Below, in pieces: positions 1 to 13,141 of a DNA stretch of 64,000 nucleotides (its first letter is position 1; the number at the start of each line of letters is the position of its first letter). This stretch comes from Octopus vulgaris (lineage: Eukaryota): assembly GCA_951406725.2 (NCBI GenBank), contig OX597830.1, positions 17,050,001-17,114,000 of the forward strand. Direction: 5' to 3'. Position numbers and translations under genes: made by a program. The notes beneath the pieces are model-generated. The model had not been told where the DNA came from, did no database searches, and saw only the letters and a program-made list of their open reading frames with translations.

Positions 1-998
1 CAGCGCTCCAGCATGGCCACAGTCAAATGATTTAAACAAGTAAAAGAGTAAAGTTCAACCTATACAAGTTAATGTGTGGAAAAGAAAATAGAATTTTGAA
101 AGAAGCATCTATAAAACTAGTTTTTAAACATCAAATGGCTATGGGGATCCACCAGAATGAAATAGTAATGAAAGGAGTCCAGGGATAAGAATGGTTGAGA
201 GGCCCCTGCTCTACAGGATACATCACTGCATGTTCAGTGTGCAGTAAGATGATCAAAACTTTTCTCAAGCCACACTCACTCTACTGTCTCAAAATAAGAG
301 GTACATATTTTATAATATATCTGAGATGCAGTATATTGAAAGTAAAAAGACAAAAAAAACTGGATAATCACAGGTAGAATATCTTTGCACCTAAGTTTAC
401 TGGCTCAGGACTGACCTAGGGCTAAACAGCATCAGCCACAACCTACTTGACCACGAAATAAGTCTATATCCTGGAGCGTGGATCTTTAGTGTTTTATTGA
501 AGTTATTAATAACTAGTTAAAGGCATGAAAGTTAAGTAATATAAAATATGGGATTCCTAGAATTTAAGTCTCACTGTAACCATTGTCTGAGGTTGTTTTT
601 TTTTTTTTGTGTGTGTGTCTGTTCTTTGTATAGATAAGATACACATCAGTTAGTCAAAAAAAACCCACCACTTCAGTGCTTATTACTTTATGGTAAATGG
701 ATCAGCCTTTGAAAGCAATAACCATGTGACTCTCCTACAATAAACAATGAAGTTTTAGTTTACAGCAGAAGCATGTATCTCCGGTTAGCACTGAGAAATA
801 ATTGTAAAAAAGATAATTAAAAAAAAGAAAAAGAAAAGAAAAAAACTTAAACAGAAAAAAGAAAAATGGGTTTTAAAATGGCTAACATCCAAACAGGTTG
901 AATTCGATAATTAACTTAGTATTAACATATTTGAAACACCACCAAAATGCTTAACTAAAAATAACAAAATAAACCGAAGAAATAAAAATGGTAGCAAA

Positions 999-1287
999 TC
1001 TATATATATAAAAGAGAGGTTGTGTGTCTGTCTCCTACGATTTAGATTCCTAACTACTCCCACATTTTGCGGTGCAGTTTAACCAAAACCGGGTATCTTA
1101 TAGTCGTGATTCATATCGAGCCCTTCTGATTATTAGCGCGCGTCTACGATTTAAAAAAAAATTTACCATCATTTTTTTCCCATTTTTAATGCAGTTTTTT
1201 GCTATTATATAAGGGAAGTAACTCTCGAAAAATGCTTATATAGTTATTTCCCTTACAAACCCGAGCAATGCCGGGCGATACTGCTAG
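999..1287 (+). mobile_element. Non-autonomous Helitron family A
   Basis: 5'-TC...CTAG-3' inserted between A and T, subterminal hairpin CCCGAGCAATGCCGGG, no TSD. Confidence 0.85.
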
Positions 1288-1417
1288 TTACTAATATTAC
1301 TTTAATATTCGGTGATGAGCTGGCAGGATCATTAAGCCTGACGGGCAAAGTGCTTAACGGCATCTCATATACATTATTTACATTCGACGAATATTTGTCC
1401 TCATCTTGTTTTTTGTT

Positions 1418-1463
1418 AACACAACGTTTTGGCTGATATACCTTCCAGCCTTCTTCAGGTGTC
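1418..1463 (-). ncRNA. Minimal type-I hammerhead ribozyme-like motif (mutated copy)
   Basis: gacac-CUGAAGA-A-GGCUG..CAGCC-aAAA-CGU-U-guguu; the inverted partner at 1508-1540 retains GAAA. Confidence 0.6.
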
Positions 1464-1694
1464 TTGGTGAAATTTCGAACCTGGGTTCTCATTTCTAAGG
1501 TAGGAATGGCTGGAGGGTATATCAGCCGAAACGTTGTGTTAACAACAAACAAAATGAGGGCAAATATCCATCGAATGTAAATAATGTACATAATTCCTCA
1601 TCTCTTAAATACAGAACGGCATTCCATCTGTCTTTACATTCTGATGTTCTAATTCCACCAAGGTCAACTTTGCCTTTCATCCTTTCAGGGTTAC

Positions 1695-2130
1695 TTTTTT
1701 ACTCTTTTACTTGTTTCAGTCATTTGACTGCGGCCATGCTGGAGCATCACCTTTAGTCAAAGAAATCGACCCCAGGACTTATTCTTTGTAAGCCAAGTAC
1801 TTCTTCTATCGATCTCTTTTGTCAAACCGGTAAGTGACAGGGACATAAACACACCAGCATCAATCATCAAGCAATGTTGGGGGACAAACAGACACACAAA
1901 CACACACACATATATATACACACAAACACATATATACAACGGGCTTCTTTCAGTTTCCGTCTACCAAATCCACTCACAGGGTTTTGGTCGGCACGAGGCT
2001 ATAGTAGAAGACACTTGCCCAAGGTACCACGCAGTGGGACTGAACCCAGAACCATGTGGTTGGTAAGCAAGCTACTTATCACACAGCCACTCCTGCGCCT
2101 ATAACTTACCACACAGCCACTCCCGCGCCT
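1695..2130 (-). mobile_element. tRNA-headed SINE group A (head duplicated by ~30 bp)
   Basis: Head GGCGCAGGAGTGGCTGTGTGGTAAG...GGTTCAGTCCC (A/B boxes), internal (TA)/(TG) tract, tail GGTGCTCCAGCATGGCCGCAGTCAAATGACTGAAAC(AAGTAAAAGAGT)n. Confidence 0.9.
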
Positions 2131-2380
2131 ATAGTTAATAAGATAAGTGTTAGTAGAACACTGGGGCTCATGCAATTGGCTTGCTCCACCTCTCCCAAAA
2201 TTTGAAACCAATATTACTTAAATCCTTTGCAAGTATGTTAGACAAATCTGAAAATGTTTCATTCTTATTATGATCACATCAACCAAGAACAATCCTACAC
2301 TGGAGCATGATGAGGTAATAAATTAATCTCTTCCTCAATGCATAATTATTTCTAATTAGAATTCTTTTTTTTTTCTTTTT

Positions 2381-2774
2381 TCTTTTACTTGTTTCAGTCA
2401 TTTGAGTGCGGCCATGCTGGAGCACCACCTTTAGTTGAGCAAATCGACCCCGGGACTTATTCTTTGTAAGCCCAGTACTTATTCTATCGGTCTCTTTTTG
2501 CCAAACCGCTAAGTGACGGGGGACGTAAACAAACCAGCATCAGTTGTCAAGCAATGCTAGGGGGACAAACACAGACACACAAACACACACACATATATAT
2601 ATACATATATACGACAGGCTTCTTTCAGTTTCCATCTACCAAATCCACTCACAAGGCATTGGTCGGCCCGGGCTATAGCAGAAGACACTTGCCCAAGATG
2701 CCACGCAGTGGGACTGAACCCGGAACCATGTGGTTGGTTAGCAAGCTACTTACCACACAGCCACTCCTGCGCCT
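2381..2774 (-). mobile_element. SINE group A
   Basis: Full-length match to 1695-2100. Confidence 0.9.
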
Positions 2775-3105
2775 AATGTTGATATTACATTCCAGAATTA
2801 ATTGTATATGCATGAATTCAATTCTTGCTTTTCATGTGGATGAGGTTTGTGAGTTATGAATTTGGTTAACAGTGTACACAAACAATAGAAGACAAACTAA
2901 CCCTTTTCTGTTTGATATAAAATACCAGTCATATATTAGGGATTGATTCAAACAACTGTATCTTTTCCATATAAATCTATGGTCCCATGGCACAAAGGAT
3001 ATTATTCTTATGATTATTTCAGGGGTAGGGAATGGTGTGAATTGATGTCAATTTATTTAATGAATGTTTACTGACTGAGTTTCTACAATAATTTTAGAAA
3101 CATTA

Positions 3106-3270
3106 GGCATAGCAGTGGCTGTGTGGTAAGTAGCTTGCTAACGAACTACATGGTTCCGGGTTCAGTCCCACTGCGTGGCACCATGGGCAAGTGCCTTCTA
3201 CTATAGCCTCGGGCTGACCAAGGTCTTGTGAGTGGATTTGGTAGACGGAAACTGAAAGATGACCGTCATG

Positions 3271-3311
<41 letters not shown>

Positions 3312-3514
3312 CTGTGTTTGTCCCCCCAACATCGCTTGACAACTGATGCTGGTTTGTTTACGTCCCTGTAACTTAGTGGTTTGGCAAAAAAGACCAATAC
3401 AATAAGTACTAGGCTTACAAAGAATAAGTCCTGGGGGTTAATTTGGTGGAGTAAAGGCAGTGCTCCGCCATGGCCACAGTCAAATGACTGAAACAAGTAA
3501 AAGATTAAAAGAGT
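3106..3514 (+). mobile_element. SINE group A
   Basis: Full-length, opposite orientation. Confidence 0.9.
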
Positions 3515-3850
3515 AGTATATATCAGCAAGCTGACAGAATCATTAGCATGCCAAGCAAAATGTTTAGCAGCATTTTGTCCGTCTTTACATCCTGAATTCA
3601 AATTCTGCCAAGTCAGACTTTTGTAGTTGATAAACGTGTGTAACGGTGAAGATGATACTGAAAAGAAATTTTCCCAACATCCTGTTCTGATTAATAATAA
3701 CTCTGCAAACAAGATTTCTAGAATTTTCAACTCTAATGTGTACCTCACATAAATATAACAACTACACACGGAATTGGAATATTGGAATAAGTATATGTGC
3801 TTCAAGAGGACACAGCTTGGATTTTAACCCTACATAAATATTATATGTTA

Positions 3851-4221
3851 CTAGCAGTATCGTCCGGCGTTGCTTGGTTTTGTAAGGGAAATAACTATAT
3901 AAGCATTTTTAGAGAGTTATAGCCAAAAAAATGCATTAAAAATGGAAAAAAAATGATGGTAAATTTTTTTTTAAATCGTTGACTCATTGTAGACATTTTT
4001 AGAGAGTTACTTCCCTTATATAATAGCGAAAAAATGCATTAAAATGGAAAAAAATGATGGTAAAATTTTTTTTTAATCATAGACTCATCGTAGACGCGCA
4101 CTAATACCCAGAAGGGCTCGATATGAATCACGACTATAAGATACACCGCAAAATGTGGGAGTAGTTAGGAATCTAAATCGTAGGAGACACAGACACACAA
4201 CTTCACTTTTATATATAAAGA
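3851..4221 (-). mobile_element. Non-autonomous Helitron family A, second copy
   Basis: Reverse complement of 999-1287 with an extra internal repeat unit; same TC/CTAG ends in an A|T site. Confidence 0.85.
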
Positions 4222-5379
4222 TATGTATGTACTGATGTTTTATCAGTCATAACAAATCTTAAATATTTCAACTAATAATACTTCCAAACAAATTTTATAA
4301 TATTTTGTGAGCACTGCTATGGTTGTAGATACAATAAACTAATAATAGGAGACTCAAAATATCCCCAAACCAAGGGAGCTGTTGAACCATGGAGTTTGGG
4401 ATTCAAGAGGTGAAATAAATATTAAAGCTGTCTTGCATATTTTCATTTTTTTTCATTTTCATCTAGTTTCAGCTCACGAGCTGTGGCCATGCTGGGGCAC
4501 CGCCATTCGGTGTTGCTACATGATTTTACTTCACGAATGCGTTTTAGCAATTGACATTTGGTGTATGAGAGAGTTTGATGCAGCTGCCCTCATCTGCACT
4601 TCCTGCCATGGTAAATTTTTGTAAATTATATTTTCCTTCAGTTTTTTTTTTTTTTGAAAATTATATTTTCCTTCAGTTTTGAATTTGAAGAATTTTTAAA
4701 GTATTGCCAAATTCACTTTCAGTTGAATATATGTATGTATGACTGTATCTTCAGATAGAGTAATACATATCTTATTTGATTCTCAGCCTGAAGAATTTCT
4801 AACAGGTAATTCCTTACATGTTAATCCTACACACACACTTTTGTAATTCCTATCAGTAAATAAAATACGTGGAATGGTGAATAAACAAGACCTAAAAAGT
4901 TTTCAAACCTCCTGGGTGGTTATATATATATATTCTTTTCTTCTATTCTTTTACTTGTTCCAGTCATTTAACTGCAGCCATACTGGAGCATCACCTTGAA
5001 GGGTTATTTTCTGTCAAAGAAACCAACCCCAGGGCTTGTTCTTTGTAAGCCTAATACCTATTCTAGCGGCCTCTTTTGCTGACCTGCTAAGTTACAAGTA
5101 TGTAAACAACATCAGTTGTCAAGTGATGGTGGGAGACACAAGACAGACTCAAAGATACACATGCATAAATATACAAATATGTGTGAGTGTGTAGATGTAT
5201 GTATATATATTTATATATATATATAGACAATGGGCTTCTTTAAGATTCTATCCACTCACAAGGCTTTGGGCAGCCCCAGGCTATAGTAGAAGATACTTGC
5301 CCAATGCGCCACACAGTGGGACTGAACCTGGAACCATGTGGTTTGGAGGCAAGCTTCTTACCACACAGCCATGCCTGCA

Positions 5380-5441
<62 letters not shown>

Positions 5442-5560
5442 CAAACATACACCTCCTACTTCTCTCTCTCACGTTTTCTTTATCCTTTTCTAATCCTGCT
5501 TTTGCTCCATCTCTTTCTGTATCACCTAATCCTCTCTCTCTCTCCCTCATATATATATAT

Positions 5561-5611
<51 letters not shown>

Positions 5612-5636
5612 TACATACATACATACATAAATACAT

Positions 5637-5670
<34 letters not shown>

Positions 5671-6124
5671 GTGTATGTGGAATGAGGTGGTAAGATTGTG
5701 TTTACATAGGAATTCCCTTCCAAACCTGCTAGATTTCAGAGGACCAAACCAACCTGTAAAGCAACTCCGACCAATTAGGAGATAAAATGAACTTCAATCA
5801 GAGACGATGAGGTGAAAGAGAATACAGGGGCTACAAAGGTAGTGTAAAAATATTGGCCACCGTAAGTGGGTGTTCTCTAAAGGGGACATGGATGGAGAGA
5901 AAGAAGCATTGGCAAAACAAGAAAAAAAATGGTAGACAAAAGATGGAGAGAGAGAGAGAGAGAAGAGACAACCAGTTTTTCCTCTATTTTCAATTGAACT
6001 AAAAAGGAGAAGAGGAAACAGCTGAGATTTTGTTTCTTTTTATTGTTATATGTTGTACTCCTACTATATTATTTTGCTATTTATATACTCATTTTCCAAT
6101 GTCATTTAATTGTTAATTATGTAA

Positions 6125-6230
6125 TTATATATACTTGTATAAATACATATATACATACACATAAGTAAATATAATATATAGAGATAGATAGATATAAATA
6201 GATATATATATATATATAATATATATAGAT

Positions 6231-6271
<41 letters not shown>

Positions 6272-6305
6272 TATATATATATAGAGAGAGAGGAGAGATG
6301 GATAC

Positions 6306-6352
<47 letters not shown>

Positions 6353-6411
6353 TAGATATATATATATATATAGATGGAGATATATATATATATATAGAGA
6401 TAGATAGATAG

Positions 6412-6443
<32 letters not shown>

Positions 6444-6704
6444 AAAAAAAAAAAGAGAGAGAGATAGATAGATATAGATATAGATATATAGATATATATA
6501 TATATATATATATAGATAGATAGATATAGATATATAGATAGATAGATATAGATATATAATATATAGATATAGATATATATATATATATATATATAGATAG
6601 ATAGAGATAGATAGATATAGATATATAGATATATATATATAGAGAGATAGATAGAGATAGATAGATATAGATATATAGATATATATATATAGAGAGATAG
6701 ATAG

Positions 6705-6745
<41 letters not shown>

Positions 6746-6810
6746 TAGAGATAGATAGGCAGGCTGGCCTGCCTGTGTGTGTGTGTGTATGTGTGTGCAT
6801 GTATGCATAC
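6125..6810. repeat. Compound (TA)n/(GATA)n/(GA)n/(TG)n microsatellite
   Basis: Direct inspection. Other large tracts at 5381-5670, 9215-9593, 50010-50305 and 57750-58082. Confidence 0.97.
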
Positions 6811-7087
6811 ATGTTTGTCAAGATGCACATGGACATAAAGAAGTGCTGGTCTGTAACTGTGGAGGGAGCCTGTGGGAGAAGTAGACACAGGAATACATGG
6901 GATGGGATGGGGAAGCACAATCTTTGAATGTTGGGCGTCACAGAGGCAATGACAAGTGATTGAGACCTTAGGTGATTTGCTGTTCCTGAAAAGACTTGGC
7001 AAGCCCCACATGAAATCATAGTTATGGCTGGTGCCAGTGGTATGTGAAAGACACCTACTACACTCTTGGAGTGGTTGGATGGTTTAA

Positions 7088-7313
7088 GGCGGCAAGCTGG
7101 CAGAAACATTAGCACACCAGGTGAAATGCTTAGCGATATTTCGTCTGCCGCTAAGTTCTCAGTTCAAATCCCGCCGAGGTTGACTTTGCGTTTCATCCTT
7201 TCGGGGTCGATAAATTAAGTACCAGTTACGCACTGGAGTCGATGTAATCGACTTAATCACTTTGTTTGTCCTCTCTGTGTTTAGCCCCTTGTGGGTAGTA
7301 AAGAAATAGGTAT
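7088..7313 (+). mobile_element. SINE group B (core GCCTTTCATCCTTTCGGGGTCGATAAATTAAGTACC, resembling the Meta/MESC core)
   Basis: Pol III-like head GGCGGCAAGCTGGCAGAA...GTTCAAATCC, recurrent in the window. Relatives at about 1311-1690, 13895-14100, 25318-25545 and 29338-29548. Confidence 0.8.
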
Positions 7314-7889
7314 TAGAAAGGGCATCCAGCCATAGAAACCAAGACACATCAGCATGGAAAGCAGATGCTAAAGATATACAAATATGTATACATACACACA
7401 CACGCAAATAATTTTGTACACTGTATTTACATGTTATACAAATCTGCCTAATCTCAGTGTCTCTATTCTAAGAAACTATTAGCAGCGCTTATCTTAAATA
7501 CTGTGTACATTAAATGATATTTATCTCTCATTGGATAGAGTACTTTTTTTGTTGATCTACCTTAACACAACTGTAAGCTCTCTCTCTCATATATATAGGA
7601 AGAATTCACAAAAAAACAAAAGACGAAGACAGGTGGTGTAGACAACAAACAGATGTATTAGCTTAATACTCGGGAAGTGAAAAAGTCTTTAACATTTCGA
7701 GCCTACGCTCTTCCACAGAAAGAATCAAGGAGAGAAAATATACATATATATATATTTGTTTAGGAGTAGGGCAAGGTTGGTGGATTACTTCCATCCTCTT
7801 TATGCTGATGGTCAAACCAAGAAGCTTTACATGCAGCAGAAAAATGGTCTAGAAGTTCCTGAGCTTCCTCTAAGGAGGTCGCTACTAGT

Positions 7890-8403
7890 GCAGCATCATC
7901 TGCAAAAAGACTATCTAATGACAATCTGTGGTTATTCACTAAAAGACAGAGTTTCTAATGCCAACTTGTTTAGCAAATGTAAGATTGATGGAATTGAGAG
8001 TTTCCTTATACAATCACAATTGCGCTGGGCTGGCCATATTGTCAGAATGAGTGACACAAGAATACCCAAAGTCCTCATGTACAACCAGCTTGACAGTGGG
8101 CAGAGGAATGTTGGTTGACCATGGCTCAGATATAAGGACAAGCTGATGAGTGACCCCTTAGAAATGGAGACAGCTCACAACACCTTTGAGTGAACAGCCT
8201 TGGAACGAACAAACATCGTTGTGTCAAAATGGTGTTAAAAGCTTTGTTGGAACCAGTATTAACAGGCTTCAGGGTGCAAAGCAAGGGAGAAAAGTGGCTG
8301 CAAATATACCACCTGCACTGACTGGTTATCCTCATACTTGCAACATCTGTGGCCTTCTTTGCAAATCGTTGGCGGGACTTAAATGTCACATTCAACATAA
8401 GCA
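7890..8403 (+). mobile_element. Decayed C-terminus of a different RTE-type LINE ORF
   Basis: QLRWAGHIVRMSDTRIPKVLMY..GQRNVG*PWLRYKDKL followed by a C2H2-like CNICGLLCKSLAGLKCHIQHKH. Confidence 0.8.
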
Positions 8404-8830
8404 TTCATCATCATCGTTTAACGTCCGTTTTCCATGCTAGCATGGGTTGGACGGTTCAACTGGGGTCTGGGAAACCAGAAGGCTGCACCAGGCTCCAGTC
8501 TGATCTGGCAGTGTTTCTACAGCTGGATGCCTTTCCTAACGCCAACCACTCCATGAGTGTAGTGGTTGCTTTTTACGTGCCACCGGCACAGATGCCAGAC
8601 GAGACTGGTAATGGCCACGATCAGATGGTGCTTTTTATGTGCCACCGGCACAGAGGCCAGACGAGGCTGGTAACGGCCACAATCGGATGGTGCTTTTTAC
8701 GTGCCACCGGCACAGAGGCCAGACGAGGCTGGCAACGGCCACAATCGGATGGTGCTTTTTACGTGCCACCGGCACAGAGGCCAGTCGGATGGTTCTCTTA
8801 CGTGCCACCAGCACTGGTATCACAACTACA
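8404..8830 (-). mobile_element. RTE LINE 3' UTR copy with internal ~61-bp tandem repeats and (GAT)n tail
   Basis: Shared end CATCATCGTTTAACGTCCGTTTTCCATGCTAGCATGGGTTGG; repeated GTGCTTTTTACGTGCCACCGGCAC units. Confidence 0.8.
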
Positions 8831-8897
8831 ATTATGACTGACAAAGAAAGAGTATGTTGTCAGAGCCTCATATGTCGAAACCAACAGGAGAGTTCGT

Positions 8898-8941
<44 letters not shown>

Positions 8942-8956
8942 TCACACACACACATA

Positions 8957-9207
8957 CAGGAGGGGTGCCCAAGTAGGTATACAGTAAGTATCACACCAAT
9001 GTTAGAATACCTAATTCATTAATTCTATTAGCACAGTAAATTAGTTAACCTCATTTATTATATTTTCAGTGTCATTAATCATAATACATTTATCGTAACT
9101 ATAATAATACTTTTATCAAATCGAAACTTTTATTTTTTGATAAAAATAAATGAGTATTGTAGGTTTTCTTTTTTTCATAACTGTATACCTACTTTTGCAC
9201 CATACTG
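8957..9207. mobile_element. Tc1/mariner-type MITE
   Basis: TA-CAG..GTGCCCAAGTAGGTATACAGT / ACTGTATACCTACTTTTGCAC..CTG inverted ends. Confidence 0.65.
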
Positions 9208-9276
9208 TGTCGGTATACATATATATTTTTTGCATATATGTGTCTATATATAAATATATATATGTGTGTGTGTGTC

Positions 9277-9314
<38 letters not shown>

Positions 9315-9380
9315 AGTGTGTATGTCTATATATATATGTGTGTGTGCCTATATACATATGTGCGTGTGTGTGTGTGTCCC

Positions 9381-9411
<31 letters not shown>

Positions 9412-9534
9412 CTATATAAATATGTGTGTGTGTCTATATACATATGTGTGTGTGTCTATATACATATGTGTGTGTGTCTATATATATATGTGTGTCTATA
9501 TATATATATATGTGTGTGTGTCTATATATATATA

Positions 9535-9596
<62 letters not shown>

Positions 9597-10956
9597 GTGG
9601 TTGCTAGAAAAGCAGAAAATTTGTGAAATGCCAATTTATATTCTCACAAGATCTATTTGAGGTAAACAATAAGTGTCACAAAGTGTCATATCAACACTCA
9701 CTGATAATATTCCAATCATTAATGTAAAACTGTAAAAATAGATGACATTTCTTTTCACTTAATTCTCCAAACTTCTTTTCTATTGCACTACTTAACCTCA
9801 AGCATAAAGACCTATTTTAAAATTCAAATTCCACATTTCGGTAACAGAAACAACAAATCAGAAACCACCTATCACACAGTTTATTGCCCCAGGACTTATT
9901 CTTTGGAAGACTAGTACTTATTCTATCGGTCTCTTTTGCCGAACAGCTAAGTTATGTGGACGTAAACACACCAGCATCGGTTGTCAAGTGATGTTGGTGG
10001 GGACAAACACAGACACACAAACACACATGTATACATATACATGACGGGCTTCTTTCAGTTTCCGTCTACCAAATCCACTCACAAGGCTTTGGTCGGCCCA
10101 AGGCTATAGTAGAAGACACTTGCCCAAGGAGCCACTCAGTGGGACAGAACCTGGAACCATGTGGTTGGTAAGCAAGCTACTTACCACACAGCCACACCAG
10201 CGCCTATATATATATTTATTCTTTTACTTGTTTCAATCATTTGATTGCGGCCATGCTGGGCATGGTACAGTTTTCACTTATCAGATTCACTCACAAAGCA
10301 TCAGTCAACCCAGGGCTTTAGCAAGAGGCACTTGCCCCCCACAACGAGACTGAACCTGAAATCACATCGTTGCAAAGCAGACTTGTTAACTATTCAGTCA
10401 TGCTTTAACCTAAACATGTGTGGGTGTGTGTTGGCATGCATACATGGGGTGTGTGTGCGTGTGCATGTGTGTTAGTGTTAAGAAGAGCATCCAAAAGTAG
10501 AAACTTGATATGTGCAATCAAGACTATCTTTTGATCTGTGTGTCTGTATGCAATTCAGATTTCCACTTTTCCTGCATGGGATTGTCTGAACTAAAACTAG
10601 TTTGTCATTTACATTCCCAATCAAATTTACATCACGCACACCGAAAAAAAAAAAAAAAAGAAAAAGAAAAAAAAGAAATCTTTCTTGTAAAACAGGTAAA
10701 GGCCGGTGACAAGAAGAGTATTCCAGCTATAAAATACTGTCTGAAATAAGTATCCATCCAACCTCTGCCACCATAGGAATTCAGATGTAAAACAAATGAC
10801 CAAACACACACACTCACGCAAAATACTCCAGGACTATTATCTATGCAGTAGGATATAACAACTTTATAGCTAATCTCTTATACAAAGAATCATCATCATC
10901 ATCATCATCATTTAATGTCCGCTTTCCATGCTGGCATGTGCATGCGTGTGTGTGTG

Positions 10957-10995
<39 letters not shown>

Positions 10996-12627
10996 CAAGT
11001 ACACAAGAACGTTCATTGATAAGTAAGATTAAATAGAAAGATAAATTTTATGAAGTTTATTTCCAGATGTTATATTCCTAAAGTAATCAGTCAGTTGGGG
11101 GGGAATATATGTTGTGAGACAACAAACTCCCAGCCAACATATTTCACTTATGTAGCCTTGCGTACCCTTGGGAGACAGGGATTAAGTCATACTTCAGTTT
11201 CTCTTCTCCCTGAATGTAAGTTAGCAGAGACAGAGTGAAAGGCTATGTGTGTGTGTGTAAAAGAATAAATATATATATATAGGCGCTGGTGTGGCAAGTA
11301 GCTTGCTTACCAACCACATGGTTCTGGGTTCAGTCCCACTGCGTGGCTCCTTGGGCAAGTGTCTTCTACTATAGCCTTGGGCTAACCAAAGCCTTGTGAG
11401 TGGATTTGGTAGACGGAAACTGAAAGAAGCCTGTCGTGTATATGTATATATGTGTGTGTTTGTCCTCCCCAACATCGCTTGACAACCGACGCTGGTGTGT
11501 TTACATCCACATAACTTAGCTGTTCGGCAAAAGAGGCCGATAGAATAAGTACTAGTCTTCCAAAGAATAAGTATGTGTGAGAGCATACAAAGAATAAGTA
11601 TGTGTGAGAGCGTATGAGAATAAGTATATGTGAGAGCGTATGAGTGTGTGTATGCATGCATGTGCACATGTATGTATACAATCACACATCAATTAAATCT
11701 TCTATGTTAAACAGTGCAAGTAATATGAGGAACAGCTGGAGAGCAGCAATATCTGCAGAGTCAGCTGACCCATGCCAATATGGTAAAGTGGATGTGAAAC
11801 AGTCTGATGAGTGATCAATATAATCTATATAAAAATGAGGCCTGTTCCAATTAATGGTTTTGGCACATGACCTAAACCAGCTGAAATGGAAAGAAAAGTA
11901 AAAATGAATAAAATAGAAAAAGAAGTGAAAGATGAGGAGGAGAGGAGGAGAGGAGGGACGAGAGAGAGAGAGAGAGGGAAAAATTAAAATACAATGGCTG
12001 CCTAACAATCTAAATATAAAATATGTACTACAGTAAGTAAATCTTCACTGTTGACTGACTGCTGGCCTATTTCTCTGGCTTAGAGAGTAGGAATCATGTG
12101 GACATTGTCTTTATGGAAGATAACATTGAGTATTGGCTCTGGCTTAGAGGATAGAGAGAAGAAAAACTACAGTTGTCTTGAAGCCGCCAGGTTTCAACGA
12201 CCCCACCACCACCACCACCACTACCTCTTTGCTACACAATCACCTCCTCTTTTTTTTTTGTGTGTGTGTGTGTCTCCTTCACTATTTTTTCCCCTACCCC
12301 TTTCACCAAACTGCATCTAGCAAACTGTACTCACTGAATTATAAACTGATGTAAAGCTAGTCTAGAGAGTTCTGATAATATTAAACACAACCCCATTCCA
12401 CCCTACTGCACATGTTGAAGGTAGGCAGAGCAGGATTAACAGATGTTATTTACATGGTTAATGACTGCATAACCTGTGACATGCATGAATTCACCTCTTT
12501 TCATGAGTCATCATTACTCTTGAGTTTATGTAATGTAGTGTACCTAATACTGGTTTCTTTAAAGCAAGCACAAGAGGGATTTTCTTTTCTTTTTTTTTTC
12601 TCTTTTTACTGTTAAGAGAAGAATGCA

Positions 12628-12800
12628 CAGGGGCGGGGTGCTGACAAGTTCCTAGCTTTAACGGTATTGTGAAAGGCCTGGTTGGAGGCCCAAAGTTCTG
12701 AGTTCTTTTACAGGGCTTACAAAAACTGAAGGACCGCTGCAATAAGTGTGTGACTCTGAGAGGGGAATATGCTGAGTAAAATCTTAATTAACCAATCCTC
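12628..12800 (+). mobile_element. Internally deleted mariner element
   Basis: TIR-like GGGGTGCTGACAAGTTCCT followed by GLQKLKDRCNKCVTLRGEYAE*, resembling a mariner transposase C-terminus. Confidence 0.7.
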
Positions 12801-13141
12801 CTGTACTTTTATTACGGAGATGTACTTGTGTACTTGCATAACACGGATTTTTGTCAGTGAACAGGTCGCGGTCTTAAAGCGACGAAAATATTTTGACAAA
12901 TTAAACTTAAATGTTGAAGTGAATCAAACGGCTTTTGTGTGTTTCTTAAATGGCTTACAAACACCTTCCACGCTGCAATTGATTGCCTCCTGTATTTTCT
13001 TTTACCTAAAACCAGGAACTTTTCAGTATCCCCTCATAGTCGACTGGATCAACCCCAGTGTACATCTGGCACTTGTTTTATACATTTGAAGAGATGAAAG
13101 GCTATGTTAAGATTAGCAGGATTAGAACACAGAATCTAGAG

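Noticed and set aside
6106-7115. Long ORFs of 227-332 aa (YIYI/SIYL-rich) and similar ORFs at 5195, 9150-9660, 49840-50402 and 57727
   Set aside because: Translations of dinucleotide/tetranucleotide microsatellites that lack stops by composition.
8565-8815. Regularly spaced repeats resembling a CRISPR array
   Set aside because: Intervening sequences are near-identical (tandem ~61-bp units of a LINE UTR); eukaryotic context and no cas genes.
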